From the NCBI GenBank assembly GCA_038046645.1, contig JBBSVU010000014.1:1512-65511 (forward strand): a DNA stretch of 64,000 nt, written 5' to 3'. Position 1 is the first letter of the stretch. Every line of letters begins with the position of its first letter. Positions 1 to 9,575 of this stretch are shown here, in pieces. Source of the DNA: an archaeon (lineage in GTDB: Archaea > Iainarchaeota > Iainarchaeia > Iainarchaeales > 0-14-0-20-34-12). Under the pieces are notes generated by a model that did no database searches, was not told the DNA's origin, and worked only from the letters and a program-made list of their open reading frames with translations. The position numbers were made by a program, and so were the translations under genes.

Positions 1-86
1 CATTTTTATCCTCCTCTCCATCTTTGCGCAATTTTGAAAAGTAGAAAAATCGCGCCTGATATGGGTATAGGAAAGGTTATTCTTAT

Positions 87-128
87 TTTAAAGATTGCCT
101 TTGAGGGTTTAAAGATTGCCTTTGAGGG
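87..128. repeat. perfect 21-nt tandem duplication (TTTAAAGATTGCCTTTGAGGG x2)
   Basis: Copies at 87-107 and 108-128 are identical, in the intergenic region downstream of the M20 peptidase gene. Confidence 0.8.
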
Positions 129-205
129 AAAATAAATCAGTTCTGATGTCAATAATGTTTTTCCGAAAATTCCAAAATCAAGAGAGTTTTTCCGAAATTC
201 TTAAA

Positions 206-1453
206 TCAAGAAAATTTTTCTGAAAAGCCAAAGGCAGCAAGCAAAATTATCTTGGTTAAATCAACAAGCTGCTTAACTTCAATGGATTCATTGTTCTTGT
301 GCGCCTGATTGTTGCCAGCACCAAAGCCTATTGAAGATATGCCTGCGTGCGCCAATCTCCTTGTGTCTGTTCCGCCTGAAAGAGCTATGTGTTTTATTTT
401 TTTGCCTGTGATTTTTTTTGCTGAATCTGAAAGTATCCCTAAAAAATCATTGTCTGCAGAAGACAAAAAAGGCAGTTCATCCATAAGCACTGCTACTTTA
501 AACCTAGATTTTTTAGATTTTCTTTGAACATTTAAAATCAATTTTTTTATGCTATTGATAATTTCCTTGGAATTCTGCCCTGGCAGGTATCTTACATCAA
601 GCGTAAATTCGCAAGAATCAGGAACAACATTTGTGGCAGACCCCCCTTTAATTGTCCCAACATTAAATGTGGGCTTTGAGAATAGTTTTTGCCTTGTATG
701 CTTAAACTTCAACTTTTGCAGTTCGCAAATTAAATAAGATGCATTAGTGATTGCATTTATGCCTTCAAATGGCCTGCTTGCGTGCGCGGATTTTCCAAAA
801 GAGGTTATTCTCAGCCTTAAGATTCCCTTCTCGCCAAGGCTTACTGCCTTCAATTCATGGCCTGTATCAAGAACAACTGCATAATCAGGCGTTATGAGAT
901 TATTGTCAATAAGATACTGCATGCCATTTTTTGAGCCATGCTCTTCATCAGCAGTAATTGCCAATGAAACCTTGCAGTTTAATTTTTTCTCAAATTTTTT
1001 AAGCAGGATAAATGAAAGGATTGCAGAAGCTGCCGGCCCTTTATCATCATCAACCCCCCTGCCATAAAATCTGCCGTTTTTTTCAGCAAGCACAAATGGA
1101 TTTGTTTTCCATAACTTTAAATCAGCAGGAACTGTATCTGAATGGGCAGCAAATAATAATTCTTTCCGGCCTTTCCCGATTGTCGCAACAATATTCGCGC
1201 GGTTTTTTGATTTAGAGAGAGTTCTGTATTTTATCTTGTGTTTCCTGAAAATATTTGCCACATTGTTGGCAAGCAGGGTTTCATTGCCTGGTGGATTTAC
1301 TGTATTTGCTGAAACAAGTGTTTTTAGGATTTCTTTAAGCTTGCATTTGTTATTGTTTACTAAATTAATAACATCTTTTTCTTCAACCATAGGTTGAATA
1401 AGGTGAAAAAATTTAAAAATAGGCAATCTCGCATTTTTGGCCGGCATAGGCAC
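206..1453 (-). CDS. M20-family metallopeptidase (ArgE/DapE/acetylornithine deacetylase-like)
   Basis: 415-aa ORF with M20 metal-ligand motifs HSDTVPA, GRGVDDDKGP, ADEEHGS and a C-terminal GGTD. Confidence 0.85.
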   Translation of the reverse strand: MPMPAKNARLPIFKFFHLIQPMVEEKDVINLVNNNKCKLKEILKTLVSANTVNPPGNETLLANNVANIFRKHKIKYRTLSKSKNRANIVATIGKGRKELLFAAHSDTVPADLKLWKTNPFVLAEKNGRFYGRGVDDDKGPAASAILSFILLKKFEKKLNCKVSLAITADEEHGSKNGMQYLIDNNLITPDYAVVLDTGHELKAVSLGEKGILRLRITSFGKSAHASRPFEGINAITNASYLICELQKLKFKHTRQKLFSKPTFNVGTIKGGSATNVVPDSCEFTLDVRYLPGQNSKEIINSIKKLILNVQRKSKKSRFKVAVLMDELPFLSSADNDFLGILSDSAKKITGKKIKHIALSGGTDTRRLAHAGISSIGFGAGNNQAHKNNESIEVKQLVDLTKIILLAAFGFSEKFS

Positions 1454-1505
1454 AAGCGCAATGATTTTAAAAGTAACAGTGTATTAAAAAGTTAGAGGGG
1501 GAAAT

Positions 1506-2747
1506 ATGGAAAACATCAAAAAAACACACGGGAAAAAAACTAAGAAAGAATCAAAAATTTTTAAATTCAGCTTAAAGGATAAAAACACTCAATTTCTGCT
1601 TGTTGGCATTTTTATCATTGCGGTACTTGCAGTATTTGGCATAATAATTATGCAAACTAACCAATCGCCTGCGCCGGAAAAAACAGCGCAACAAACTGAA
1701 GAAGCAGCAAAGTTATTACTAACAGAAATAACATTGGATGATTGCAAAAAAAACAAATGCTTCTCACTTTCAAGCCTTGAGGAAGCAATAAAGAACACTG
1801 ACCTAAATGCAAAATATGAAACAAAAACTGTTCTGTATGATACTGAGGAAGGAAAAGCCCTTGTTAAAAAATATAATCTAACGAAATTGCCTACTTTGGT
1901 AATTAGTGGGGATTTGGATAAGGCTAAAGAATTAGAGTCGCAATGGTTAGCAGCAAATTTAGGGACAAAGGAAAGTGACAATTCATTAATTTTGAGAAAT
2001 ATCCCGAATGTAAGTTATGATATTGAGAAAAACAAATATTTGGGGCAGGTAAAAATGATTACTCTGAGTTTTAATGAATGCAAGGAATGTGCCCCTACTC
2101 CTAAACCAGAAAACTTTTCACAATTAGTTCCTCCTGTAACAATAATTGAGAATAAAAAAATAGATGCAACAACAGATGAAGGAAAAGAACTGATGCAGAA
2201 ATACAGCATTACTGCTGTTCCAACAATAATCCTTTCAAAAGAGATTGCAGAATATGAAACAATACTGCCAACTATGGGTGAGTTAGGGACAACTGAAAGC
2301 GATGGTTCTTTTGTGTTCAGGGAATCTGGATTGAATCCATTGTATTTCAGCCTAACCGAACAAAGATTAGTTGGATATGTGAAAGCATTTTACCTTATTG
2401 ATTCAAACTGCACAGCATGCCCCAGTCCTACAGACTTAAATGAGGCATTGAATACTGCTTTAGGATTTAAGATTGTTGAAAATAAATATGCAGACATAAA
2501 AGACCCAACAAACCTTAACACTGCCTTAAGCTGGGGCGTTACAAAAGTGCCTGCGGTTGTTTATGTCGGGGATGTAAATGCCTATTTTGTAGTGAAAAAG
2601 CTTTGGGATAAGCTAGGAATAGTGAAGGATGAGAAATATATCCTTACTAACCTTGATTTCCTGACAGGGATACAGTATGAGGATATTACTACATTGCCTA
2701 AGCAAACAGAGGTAAATGTTGGTGAATTAGTAGTAAATACCCAATAG
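1506..2747 (+). CDS. membrane-anchored protein with three tandem thioredoxin-fold-like repeats
   Basis: N-terminal TM (LLVGIFIIAVLAVFGIIIM). Three ~100-aa internal repeats each carry a Cys pair (CKKNKC, CKEC, CTAC) and a Trx-like cis-Pro strand motif (LTKLPTLVI, ITAVPTIIL, VTKVPAVVYV). GAGGGGG lies upstream of the ATG. Confidence 0.6.
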   Translation: MENIKKTHGKKTKKESKIFKFSLKDKNTQFLLVGIFIIAVLAVFGIIIMQTNQSPAPEKTAQQTEEAAKLLLTEITLDDCKKNKCFSLSSLEEAIKNTDLNAKYETKTVLYDTEEGKALVKKYNLTKLPTLVISGDLDKAKELESQWLAANLGTKESDNSLILRNIPNVSYDIEKNKYLGQVKMITLSFNECKECAPTPKPENFSQLVPPVTIIENKKIDATTDEGKELMQKYSITAVPTIILSKEIAEYETILPTMGELGTTESDGSFVFRESGLNPLYFSLTEQRLVGYVKAFYLIDSNCTACPSPTDLNEALNTALGFKIVENKYADIKDPTNLNTALSWGVTKVPAVVYVGDVNAYFVVKKLWDKLGIVKDEKYILTNLDFLTGIQYEDITTLPKQTEVNVGELVVNTQ

Positions 2748-2761
2748 TTAAGAGTAATGAG

Positions 2762-2796
2762 AATAAGGCGATTTCGCCTTATTTCCTTCATTTTTT
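2762..2796 (+). terminator. hairpin plus T-tract downstream of 1506..2747
   Basis: AATAAGGCG-ATTT-CGCCTTATT stem-loop at 2762-2783, followed by TTTTTT at 2791-2796. Confidence 0.45.
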
Positions 2797-2870
2797 GCGG
2801 TTATAAGCTATTTTAACCAAATTTATCCAGTAGGATTGCTTTTTAAACTTTTTAGAGTTAATAAGTAAGT

Positions 2871-3110
2871 ATGGAATTGAAGATTGATAGCAATCTAAGC
2901 AACATATTATTGGCAATAGCAGTACTTTATATCTTATTTATTACAGATGCCCTTGGCAAAATTGGAATACTGCTTAACGGAATAACCCATTCAACATTTC
3001 AGGGAGTAGATGCAATGCTTATTCTTTTTTTGGTAATTACGGCGTTATTAATTTATTATTCAAGTTCTAAAAGCAAAAAAGCTTCACATGAAGAGCACCA
3101 TGAGCATTAA
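2871..3110 (+). CDS. small 2-TM membrane protein with His-rich C-terminus (HEEHHEH)
   Basis: 79-aa ORF with two hydrophobic segments. No recognisable family. Confidence 0.35.
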   Translation: MELKIDSNLSNILLAIAVLYILFITDALGKIGILLNGITHSTFQGVDAMLILFLVITALLIYYSSSKSKKASHEEHHEH

Positions 3111-3189
3111 AAATGTTTATCGGAAATCGCAAGGTTAATAACTAATTCATTGGATTTAAAAAATGTTAGACTTCTTTGTATTTTAACAT

Positions 3190-4395
3190 ATGAACACAGA
3201 AAAAATCAGGCAGGATTTTGAAATATTGAAAAAAGGAATTATCTATTTTGACAATGCCTGCATGACCTTAAGGCCTAATCAAGTTATTGAGGAAATTTCC
3301 CGCTATTATAAAGAATTTCCATCATGCTCTGGAAGGTCAAACCATCAATTAGCGATAAAGGCAACAGAAGAATATGAAAGCGCGCGTGATAAGATAAGGC
3401 ATTTCATAAATGCAAAATCAGCTGATGAGATAATTCACACAAAGAACACTACTGAAGCAATTAATATTGTTGTAAATTCATTCCCTTTTGAGCAGGGAAA
3501 AGCAACCGTTTCAAGCGACAGGGAACATAACTCTAATCTGATTCCTTGGCAGTTTCTAGAAAAAGAAAAAGGCATTAAGCATGTGATTGTTGAATCAGAT
3601 GCAAATGAAGAATTCTCACTAAAGAATTTTGAAAATGCACTGCAGAACAACAATGTACAGATGGTTGCAATTCAGCATACAAGCAATATTGACGGATATA
3701 TTTTGCCGATTGAGAAAATAATCAAATTAGCTCATGATTTCAATGCTTATGTTTTTGTTGATGCAGCACAGGGTGCACCACATTCAAAGATAGATGTCAG
3801 GAAATTAGATGTTGATTTTTTGGCATTTTCAGGGCATAAGGCTTGTGGCCCATCTGGAACAGGCTGTTTATACGGCAAAAAAGAATTGCTGGACAAGATG
3901 CAACCTTTCATGTCAGGAGGGCATACTGCTTACAACTCAACATACACGACAGCAGAATTTGAGAAAGCACCGGCAAAATTTGAGGCAGGATTGCAGGATG
4001 TTGCAGGAATGTTAGGCTTTGGAAAAGCCTGTGAATATCTTGAAAAAATAGGCATGCAAAATATAGAAGAGCATGAAAGAAAACTGAACAAAATAATTAC
4101 TGAAAGATTGTCTGAGATTAAAGGCTTGAATATTATCGGGGTAAAAGACTGGAAGAAAAAATGCGGGATTACAAGTTTCAATGTAAATGGAATGGACATA
4201 TTTGATATTGCTATTTTGCTTGACAACACAAAGAAGATTGCGATAAGGGCGGGGATGCATTGTGCGCATTCATGGTTTAACAAACGCGGATTGAAAGGTT
4301 CGGCGAGAGCTTCTTTATATTTCTACAATACTGAAGAAGAAGCAAAGATATTCTGTGATGAATTGCGGGAGATAGTTAAAACCTTGGGCAAATAA
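3190..4395 (+). CDS. sufS: cysteine desulfurase, SufS/CsdA-like class V aminotransferase
   Basis: PLP-lysine motif FSGHKACGPSGTGCLYG and catalytic-Cys motif RAGMHCA, with HTSN and DAAQ motifs. 401 aa. Confidence 0.8.
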   Translation: MNTEKIRQDFEILKKGIIYFDNACMTLRPNQVIEEISRYYKEFPSCSGRSNHQLAIKATEEYESARDKIRHFINAKSADEIIHTKNTTEAINIVVNSFPFEQGKATVSSDREHNSNLIPWQFLEKEKGIKHVIVESDANEEFSLKNFENALQNNNVQMVAIQHTSNIDGYILPIEKIIKLAHDFNAYVFVDAAQGAPHSKIDVRKLDVDFLAFSGHKACGPSGTGCLYGKKELLDKMQPFMSGGHTAYNSTYTTAEFEKAPAKFEAGLQDVAGMLGFGKACEYLEKIGMQNIEEHERKLNKIITERLSEIKGLNIIGVKDWKKKCGITSFNVNGMDIFDIAILLDNTKKIAIRAGMHCAHSWFNKRGLKGSARASLYFYNTEEEAKIFCDELREIVKTLGK

Positions 4396-4404
4396 TAAAA
4401 AAAT

Positions 4405-5541
4405 TCATTCAGCAATCAGAACAGTAACCGGGTCTAATTTTGAAGCAACATATGCTGGATAAATGCCTGAAATCAAACCAATAATAATCGCAAAGAATAT
4501 TGCCTGACCTATTAAAGAAGGCGTAATTAGGATAGTAACCTTGAAGGCTGCTGAGATTGAATTTGAAGCAGCATACCCTAACAGGATGCCTGTAATTGAA
4601 CCTATTAAGGAAATCATTGCTGACTCCATCAGAATCATTTTTACTATGTCAGATGATGACCAGCCTGTTGCTTTTAATGTTCCTATTTCTTTAAAGCGTT
4701 CTGTAACGCTCATAAGCATTGTGTTAAGGATAGCAATGCCTGCAACAAGCACAGCAATGCTTGCAATGATAAGAACCAATAATCTTAATGTATCCAAGAT
4801 GCCAGCCAATTGATTTGAAAAAGAGCTGGCAGAAACAGCTTTTAATTTCTCGCCAAATTTGAAATTTATCAATTTAGATGTTTCCTTGTCTTTTGTTGGG
4901 TCAATTAATTCAATAGTATACTGCCCAACCATTTCATTGGAATAATCATTTAGCTCAATCAAGTCATCCAATTGCATAAGGATTGAAGAATTTAAAAGTG
5001 AAGAACCTGTTTCGTATATGCCTATTATTTCAAACTTCTTGCCATTAACCTCAAGGTTATTTCCCACAAATTTATTCAATTTATCCATAAGTTCCATTCC
5101 AACTATAACCTTGCCATTGTCAGAACTGTTTATTGAACGGCCTTGTATTATCTTGCCACCATAGCCTGCTGCTGTGTTAATTTTCTTTTTGGAATAATCT
5201 GAGCCAATAAGCATGGTTGAGCCAAATCCGAAACTTATAGATTTTCCCTCAATATTTTTGGCCATAGCCATCTTTGTCGGGACAACAGTCTTTACATTTG
5301 GCAAAGCCCCTAATTTTGACTCATAACTTTTATCTATCTCTGAAAATAATGGCCCCATTGCCCCTTTTTGGTAAACAGTAATGCCCTGCATCTGGCTTAT
5401 TGCTCCCTGTATCTCAAATGATAAGCCATCAATAAGTGAAACCAATGCAATTACTGAGGCTATTCCCAATGCTATGCCTAAAATGCATAATGCTGTCCTT
5501 AACTTGTGCCTAAAAAGATTCAGAAATGCAATTTTTAGCAT
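4405..5541 (-). CDS. FtsX/MacB-like ABC transporter permease
   Basis: N-terminus MLKIAFLNLFRHKLRT, a large extracytoplasmic domain and a C-terminal FtsX 3-TM bundle (ERFKEIGTLKATGWS). The track ORF extends to 5559; the internal Met at 5541 fits the family N-terminus. No ATPase partner is adjacent. Confidence 0.8.
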   Translation of the reverse strand: MLKIAFLNLFRHKLRTALCILGIALGIASVIALVSLIDGLSFEIQGAISQMQGITVYQKGAMGPLFSEIDKSYESKLGALPNVKTVVPTKMAMAKNIEGKSISFGFGSTMLIGSDYSKKKINTAAGYGGKIIQGRSINSSDNGKVIVGMELMDKLNKFVGNNLEVNGKKFEIIGIYETGSSLLNSSILMQLDDLIELNDYSNEMVGQYTIELIDPTKDKETSKLINFKFGEKLKAVSASSFSNQLAGILDTLRLLVLIIASIAVLVAGIAILNTMLMSVTERFKEIGTLKATGWSSSDIVKMILMESAMISLIGSITGILLGYAASNSISAAFKVTILITPSLIGQAIFFAIIIGLISGIYPAYVASKLDPVTVLIAE

Positions 5542-5665
5542 AAAACCACAGAGATGCAAAAGATAAATTAACGCTCGTGCAATAACATTATTAAACTATC
5601 CTTTTTAATTATATAATTAAAGCTCTGTTTCTTAAAAATGTTTAAAATAAGGGGTAGGTGTTATA

Positions 5666-6724
5666 ATGGCTAAGGAAGTAAAAAATGAAGAAGTAAAAAA
5701 TGAAAAAAAATTCACAATAACTCCGATGGTTGGGATGCTATTGACAGTAATGCTTATTGTAGGAATTTTGCTGGGTGTTTGGTTAGGATTTACCTTAAAA
5801 CCAGCAGATGCAGGAACACAAACAAATCAAGATGACAAAACAAATGCTACGACAGTAAGCGAGGCAGATGTTAAGGATAAGGTCACAAAATACCTGAATG
5901 ATAATCTGCTAGAGGTTCAGGGAGTAACAGGCAGCATCAGTGAACTTGAAAAGATAGGAAATTCTTTATATAAATTAACTGTTGATATAAAAGAAAACGG
6001 TAAAACAACACAACAGGCACAGGTATATGCTACAGCAAATGCTGAAGAGATAATTATTGGGAGCTTAAATATATTGAAAACATCAGAACCTTTGCCAAAA
6101 CAAGATGAACCAATAGATCAAGTAGATACACAACCACAAGAATTGCCAAAAACTGATAAACCAGCTGCAGACTTATATATCTTCTCTTACTGTCCTGCTG
6201 GTTCAGCTGCATTGGATTCTTTTGCAAAGGCAGCAGAGGTGCTTGCAGATTCTGCTGATATAAAAGTAAAGTTCTTCAGCAACATGCATGGTGCCCACGA
6301 ACTTCAGCAGAACAAGATACAGGAATGCATTCAGGTTGTTGACAAAACCAACTACTGGAAATACGCGCAAAAGTTTGCATCAGATATTTACCCGTACTGC
6401 GGCAGCAAAAAAAGCGTTGATTGCGACAAGAATGAATCGATAAAACTAATGGATTCGCTTGGAATAAACTCAACCAATGTGTTTGACTGTGTTGAGAAAC
6501 AAGGAGAATTATTATACCAAGCAGACACTGAGGATGCAATCGCGCTGCAATTGCAATATTCACCTTCAGTCGTTGTCAATGGAGTTTATTTCGGCAATGC
6601 TGACAGGTCGCCTGAAGGATTAAAAACACTCATCTGCAGCGCATTCAACACTGCACCAACTGTTTGTAACACAACGCTAGGCGCAGATGCTGCATCAGCT
6701 AATGGCGGATGTGGGGCATCTTAA
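5666..6724 (+). CDS. membrane-anchored secreted protein with C-terminal DsbA-like thioredoxin-fold domain (CPAG in place of CxxC)
   Basis: N-terminal TM, a Pro/Gln/Asp-rich linker, then IFSYCPAGSAAL...HGAHELQQNKIQEC and several further Cys. The fold call comes from motif layout only. Confidence 0.45.
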   Translation: MAKEVKNEEVKNEKKFTITPMVGMLLTVMLIVGILLGVWLGFTLKPADAGTQTNQDDKTNATTVSEADVKDKVTKYLNDNLLEVQGVTGSISELEKIGNSLYKLTVDIKENGKTTQQAQVYATANAEEIIIGSLNILKTSEPLPKQDEPIDQVDTQPQELPKTDKPAADLYIFSYCPAGSAALDSFAKAAEVLADSADIKVKFFSNMHGAHELQQNKIQECIQVVDKTNYWKYAQKFASDIYPYCGSKKSVDCDKNESIKLMDSLGINSTNVFDCVEKQGELLYQADTEDAIALQLQYSPSVVVNGVYFGNADRSPEGLKTLICSAFNTAPTVCNTTLGADAASANGGCGAS

Positions 6725-6734
6725 GGTGAAAAAA

Positions 6735-6968
6735 ATGGCTAAAGTATTAGTGTATTCAACACCAACATGCCCTTTTTGCGAGCTTGTTAAAAAGTTCCTA
6801 AAAGAAAATAATGTAAAATATACGGAGATAAACGTTGCCAAGGATAAGGAAAAAATCAAAGAAATGATTACAAAAAGCGGGCAGACAAGTTTGCCTGTTG
6901 TTGACATAAACGGCAAGATTATCCTTGGTTTTAACAAAATTGAGATGAAAAAAGCCCTCAATCTTTAG
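6735..6968 (+). CDS. glutaredoxin/NrdH-like small redoxin (CPFC)
   Basis: MAKVLVYSTPTCPFCELVKKFL...SLPVVDINGKIILGF. ATG at 6735 inside the longer track ORF (6687), preceded by AAGGTGA. Confidence 0.85.
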   Translation: MAKVLVYSTPTCPFCELVKKFLKENNVKYTEINVAKDKEKIKEMITKSGQTSLPVVDINGKIILGFNKIEMKKALNL

Positions 6969-6988
6969 GGCTTTATTTTTTCTTTTTT
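6951..6988 (+). terminator. hairpin plus T-tract after the glutaredoxin gene
   Basis: AAAGCCCT-caatcttt-AGGGCTTT followed by ATTTTTTCTTTTTT. Confidence 0.45.
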
Positions 6989-7105
6989 AATATACTGCTG
7001 ATTTTTAAGGTATTAACGTAATTTTAGCAATTAAGCGCAAGCCAGAAAATATATAAATCAGATTGCAGTTAATCTATTGAAGAATGCGATTTTGGTGGTG
7101 ATTAG

Positions 7106-7879
7106 GTGATTTCATTAAGCAAGACAGGAATCGATGGCCTAGACAAGGCGTTGAACGGGGGGATACCTGAAAGCAATATTGTAATAGTATCAGGCGGGGC
7201 AGGAACAGGTAAATCTACCTTATGCCTGCAATACATACTTAATGGTGCTGCAAAATATGGTGAAAAAAGCCTTTATATCAGCACAGAGCAAACAAGGGAA
7301 GAATTGCTAAAACAAGGAGAATCTTTTGGTTGGGATATTGAAAAACTGGAAAAATTAGGCAGGATAAAGATAGTGCATTTTGATATTACTACACACAGGG
7401 ATTTTGTAAAAAGCATTGATGATGTTGTAAGAGAATTTAAACCAAAAAGAATTGCTATTGACTCATTAACAACATTAACTGATGCCTTATTAATAAGCGA
7501 TATTTCAGAACAGACTGCATTCAGTTTAGCGCAGATTGCCGAAACTGTTACGCCAATACCAAGGACAGAACAAGTGATTGCAAAAACAATTCTTTACCAA
7601 CTGATGAAAAATTTAAGGGAGTATAAAATTACCACACTTTTAACCTCTGAACTGTATGAAGATACAAACAGACTAAGTGCTGATGGAGTCAGCGAATTCA
7701 TTGCTGATGGCGTGATACTGATGTTCTTTATTGGAATCGCAGGATCTGACTCAAGAACATTGAGAATAAGAAAGATGAGATATTGTGAGCACTTAAAAAG
7801 TTATTTGCCTTATGAAATAAAAAATAATGAAGGCATAGTGGTAAATACTGAAGAATCCATGGATGTTTTAATGAAGTGA
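7106..7879 (+). CDS. single-domain KaiC/RecA-superfamily ATPase
   Basis: GIDGLDKALNGGIP, Walker A GGAGTGKST, Walker B RIAIDSLT. GTG start preceded by GGTGGTGA. Confidence 0.8.
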   Translation: MISLSKTGIDGLDKALNGGIPESNIVIVSGGAGTGKSTLCLQYILNGAAKYGEKSLYISTEQTREELLKQGESFGWDIEKLEKLGRIKIVHFDITTHRDFVKSIDDVVREFKPKRIAIDSLTTLTDALLISDISEQTAFSLAQIAETVTPIPRTEQVIAKTILYQLMKNLREYKITTLLTSELYEDTNRLSADGVSEFIADGVILMFFIGIAGSDSRTLRIRKMRYCEHLKSYLPYEIKNNEGIVVNTEESMDVLMK

Positions 7880-7923
7880 CGCTCCAAGGGTGAAGCCCAT
7901 GGCGTCTTTATGCTAGTGGTAAT

Positions 7924-8583
7924 ATGTATACGTTGCTTTCTAAACTTTTATTAACAGGAAAATTAAAATTTGAGCAGGGCAAGATAGTTGCATTTGATGA
8001 ACCATTCGCCCTTGTTCCAATGGTATCCTTAAAGAAAATAACTGAGGATGCAATGGCAAGGGGTCAGCAGGGCATTCAGGATTTATACATGGAAGGATGG
8101 CTTTACGGCTTGGCGGTGACAAAAAACCTCATAAAACTTTTTAACCTGAAAAAATTTGAGGAACGGTACAAGATTGCAATGGATATTATTGGAGTTATTG
8201 GCTTTGGGGATTACCAAACCCTGAGCTTCAAAAGGGCAGACCACGCAAAATTCAGGGTAATAGGTAATCCGTTTGCAAAATTATACTATCCTTCAAAAGG
8301 CCTGAAAATATGCCATTATATAAGGGGAATGGAAGCTGGTGGCGGTACATTAGTACATGAGGCAATAATGAATAACATTGAATTTGAATGCGCCTCTGAA
8401 ACTGGAAATGATTGCATACATGCAAACCTTGCATTGCATAGGCTTGCCGAGGTTGACAAAAGCCTAAGGGAAAGCCAGCTTGATTTGAACTATCTGATGC
8501 CGAAGCAGGCAAAAATCCTTGAAACCTATGGCTATAACCCAAAAGAATTTGGCATAGATTTGAATAACATCCCAAAATTGTGA
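7924..8583 (+). CDS. hypothetical protein with V4R-like C-terminal region
   Basis: ICHYIRGMEAGGGTLV...IEFECASETGNDCIHANL resembles the V4R (4-vinyl reductase) small-molecule-binding motif. Weak, from memory of the motif. Confidence 0.4.
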   Translation: MYTLLSKLLLTGKLKFEQGKIVAFDEPFALVPMVSLKKITEDAMARGQQGIQDLYMEGWLYGLAVTKNLIKLFNLKKFEERYKIAMDIIGVIGFGDYQTLSFKRADHAKFRVIGNPFAKLYYPSKGLKICHYIRGMEAGGGTLVHEAIMNNIEFECASETGNDCIHANLALHRLAEVDKSLRESQLDLNYLMPKQAKILETYGYNPKEFGIDLNNIPKL

Positions 8584-8587
8584 TAAA

Positions 8588-9460
8588 ATGGAAAGGGAGA
8601 TTGCAAAATTCGGCTATAACAAAGGTAAGCTGTTTGCACTTCTGGAACTTGGAAGGCCGTGGAATGCTGGAATTTTAGGGTTGTTTGCAATTATCGGCTT
8701 TCTGCTTGTAAAAAATGCAATTGAAATAAATGTAATATATGCTTTTTTCAGTTTTGTATTTCTCTACATGGCAGGCACAACAGTAAATGATATTTTTGGT
8801 TTAGAAACAGATAAAATAAACATTTCCGTAAGGCCGCTGCCTTCCGGGCGGGTTACATTAAAGGAAGCCTGGGCATACAGCATATTCTTCTATGCCTTGG
8901 GGCTGTCAGTATCTTATTTTGTTGGATTTTATTTTATGTTTTGGGCGCTCGCATTCTGCGTATTGAGTTTCCTGTATTCAATGAAGCCTATTTCACTGGA
9001 TTCCAAATGGTATTCAAAAAGCTTAGTTTTAGCGATTGTTACAGTATTTGTGCCTTTTAGCGGCGGTGCATCCATAATAAGCGGAAAAATAATCCAAGAA
9101 ATGGCAATAAATTATATAGGATTAGCAATGTCGGCATTCTTTCTTTTTATAGCAACAACAAATGACTTGAAGGATATGAAAGGGGATGCAGAAACTGGCA
9201 AGAAAACACTTGCCTTGCTGCTTGGTGAAAAAAAGACTATGCAAATAAGTGCATTCGGGTTAAGCATTTTTTTCCTGCTTACAAACTACATGCTGCTTAA
9301 TTACATAAAATACAGCCTAGCATTCATGGCCTTCTGCGTTATTATCTGGGCTATTTTAATAAGAAGATATTTTATTACTGAAAATAACGAGATGAAGTTT
9401 ACAAAAGCAAGGTTTACTGTGCTGGCATATGTCCTTGGGTTAATAGCCATGTTACTGTAA
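8588..9460 (+). CDS. UbiA-family prenyltransferase (DGGGP-synthase-like)
   Basis: Polytopic membrane protein with Asp-rich motifs NDIFGLETDKIN and NDLKDMKGDAETGKKT. Confidence 0.8.
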   Translation: MEREIAKFGYNKGKLFALLELGRPWNAGILGLFAIIGFLLVKNAIEINVIYAFFSFVFLYMAGTTVNDIFGLETDKINISVRPLPSGRVTLKEAWAYSIFFYALGLSVSYFVGFYFMFWALAFCVLSFLYSMKPISLDSKWYSKSLVLAIVTVFVPFSGGASIISGKIIQEMAINYIGLAMSAFFLFIATTNDLKDMKGDAETGKKTLALLLGEKKTMQISAFGLSIFFLLTNYMLLNYIKYSLAFMAFCVIIWAILIRRYFITENNEMKFTKARFTVLAYVLGLIAMLL

Positions 9461-9575
9461 TAACGTCTAAGAACCCACGCCTAAAGGTTGTTGATTTCTC
9501 GCTCCATTAAACTGCCTAACCTAAAGATTCGACTTTGATACTTAATAAAGGTCGGGTTATATTTACAAACATACT

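Noticed and set aside
1-3. CAT at the window edge preceded (on the minus strand) by GGAGGATAAAA, a likely start codon of a gene extending leftwards
   Set aside because: Only the start codon is inside the window, so nothing can be annotated.
9495-9530. Third IS-end fragment (GATTTCTCGCTCCATTAAA resembles the left end GATTTC[C/T]CGCTCACACGGTTAAA)
   Set aside because: It has only a 12-nt exact core plus a gapped tail, which could be chance in AT-rich DNA. It is not reported as a feature.
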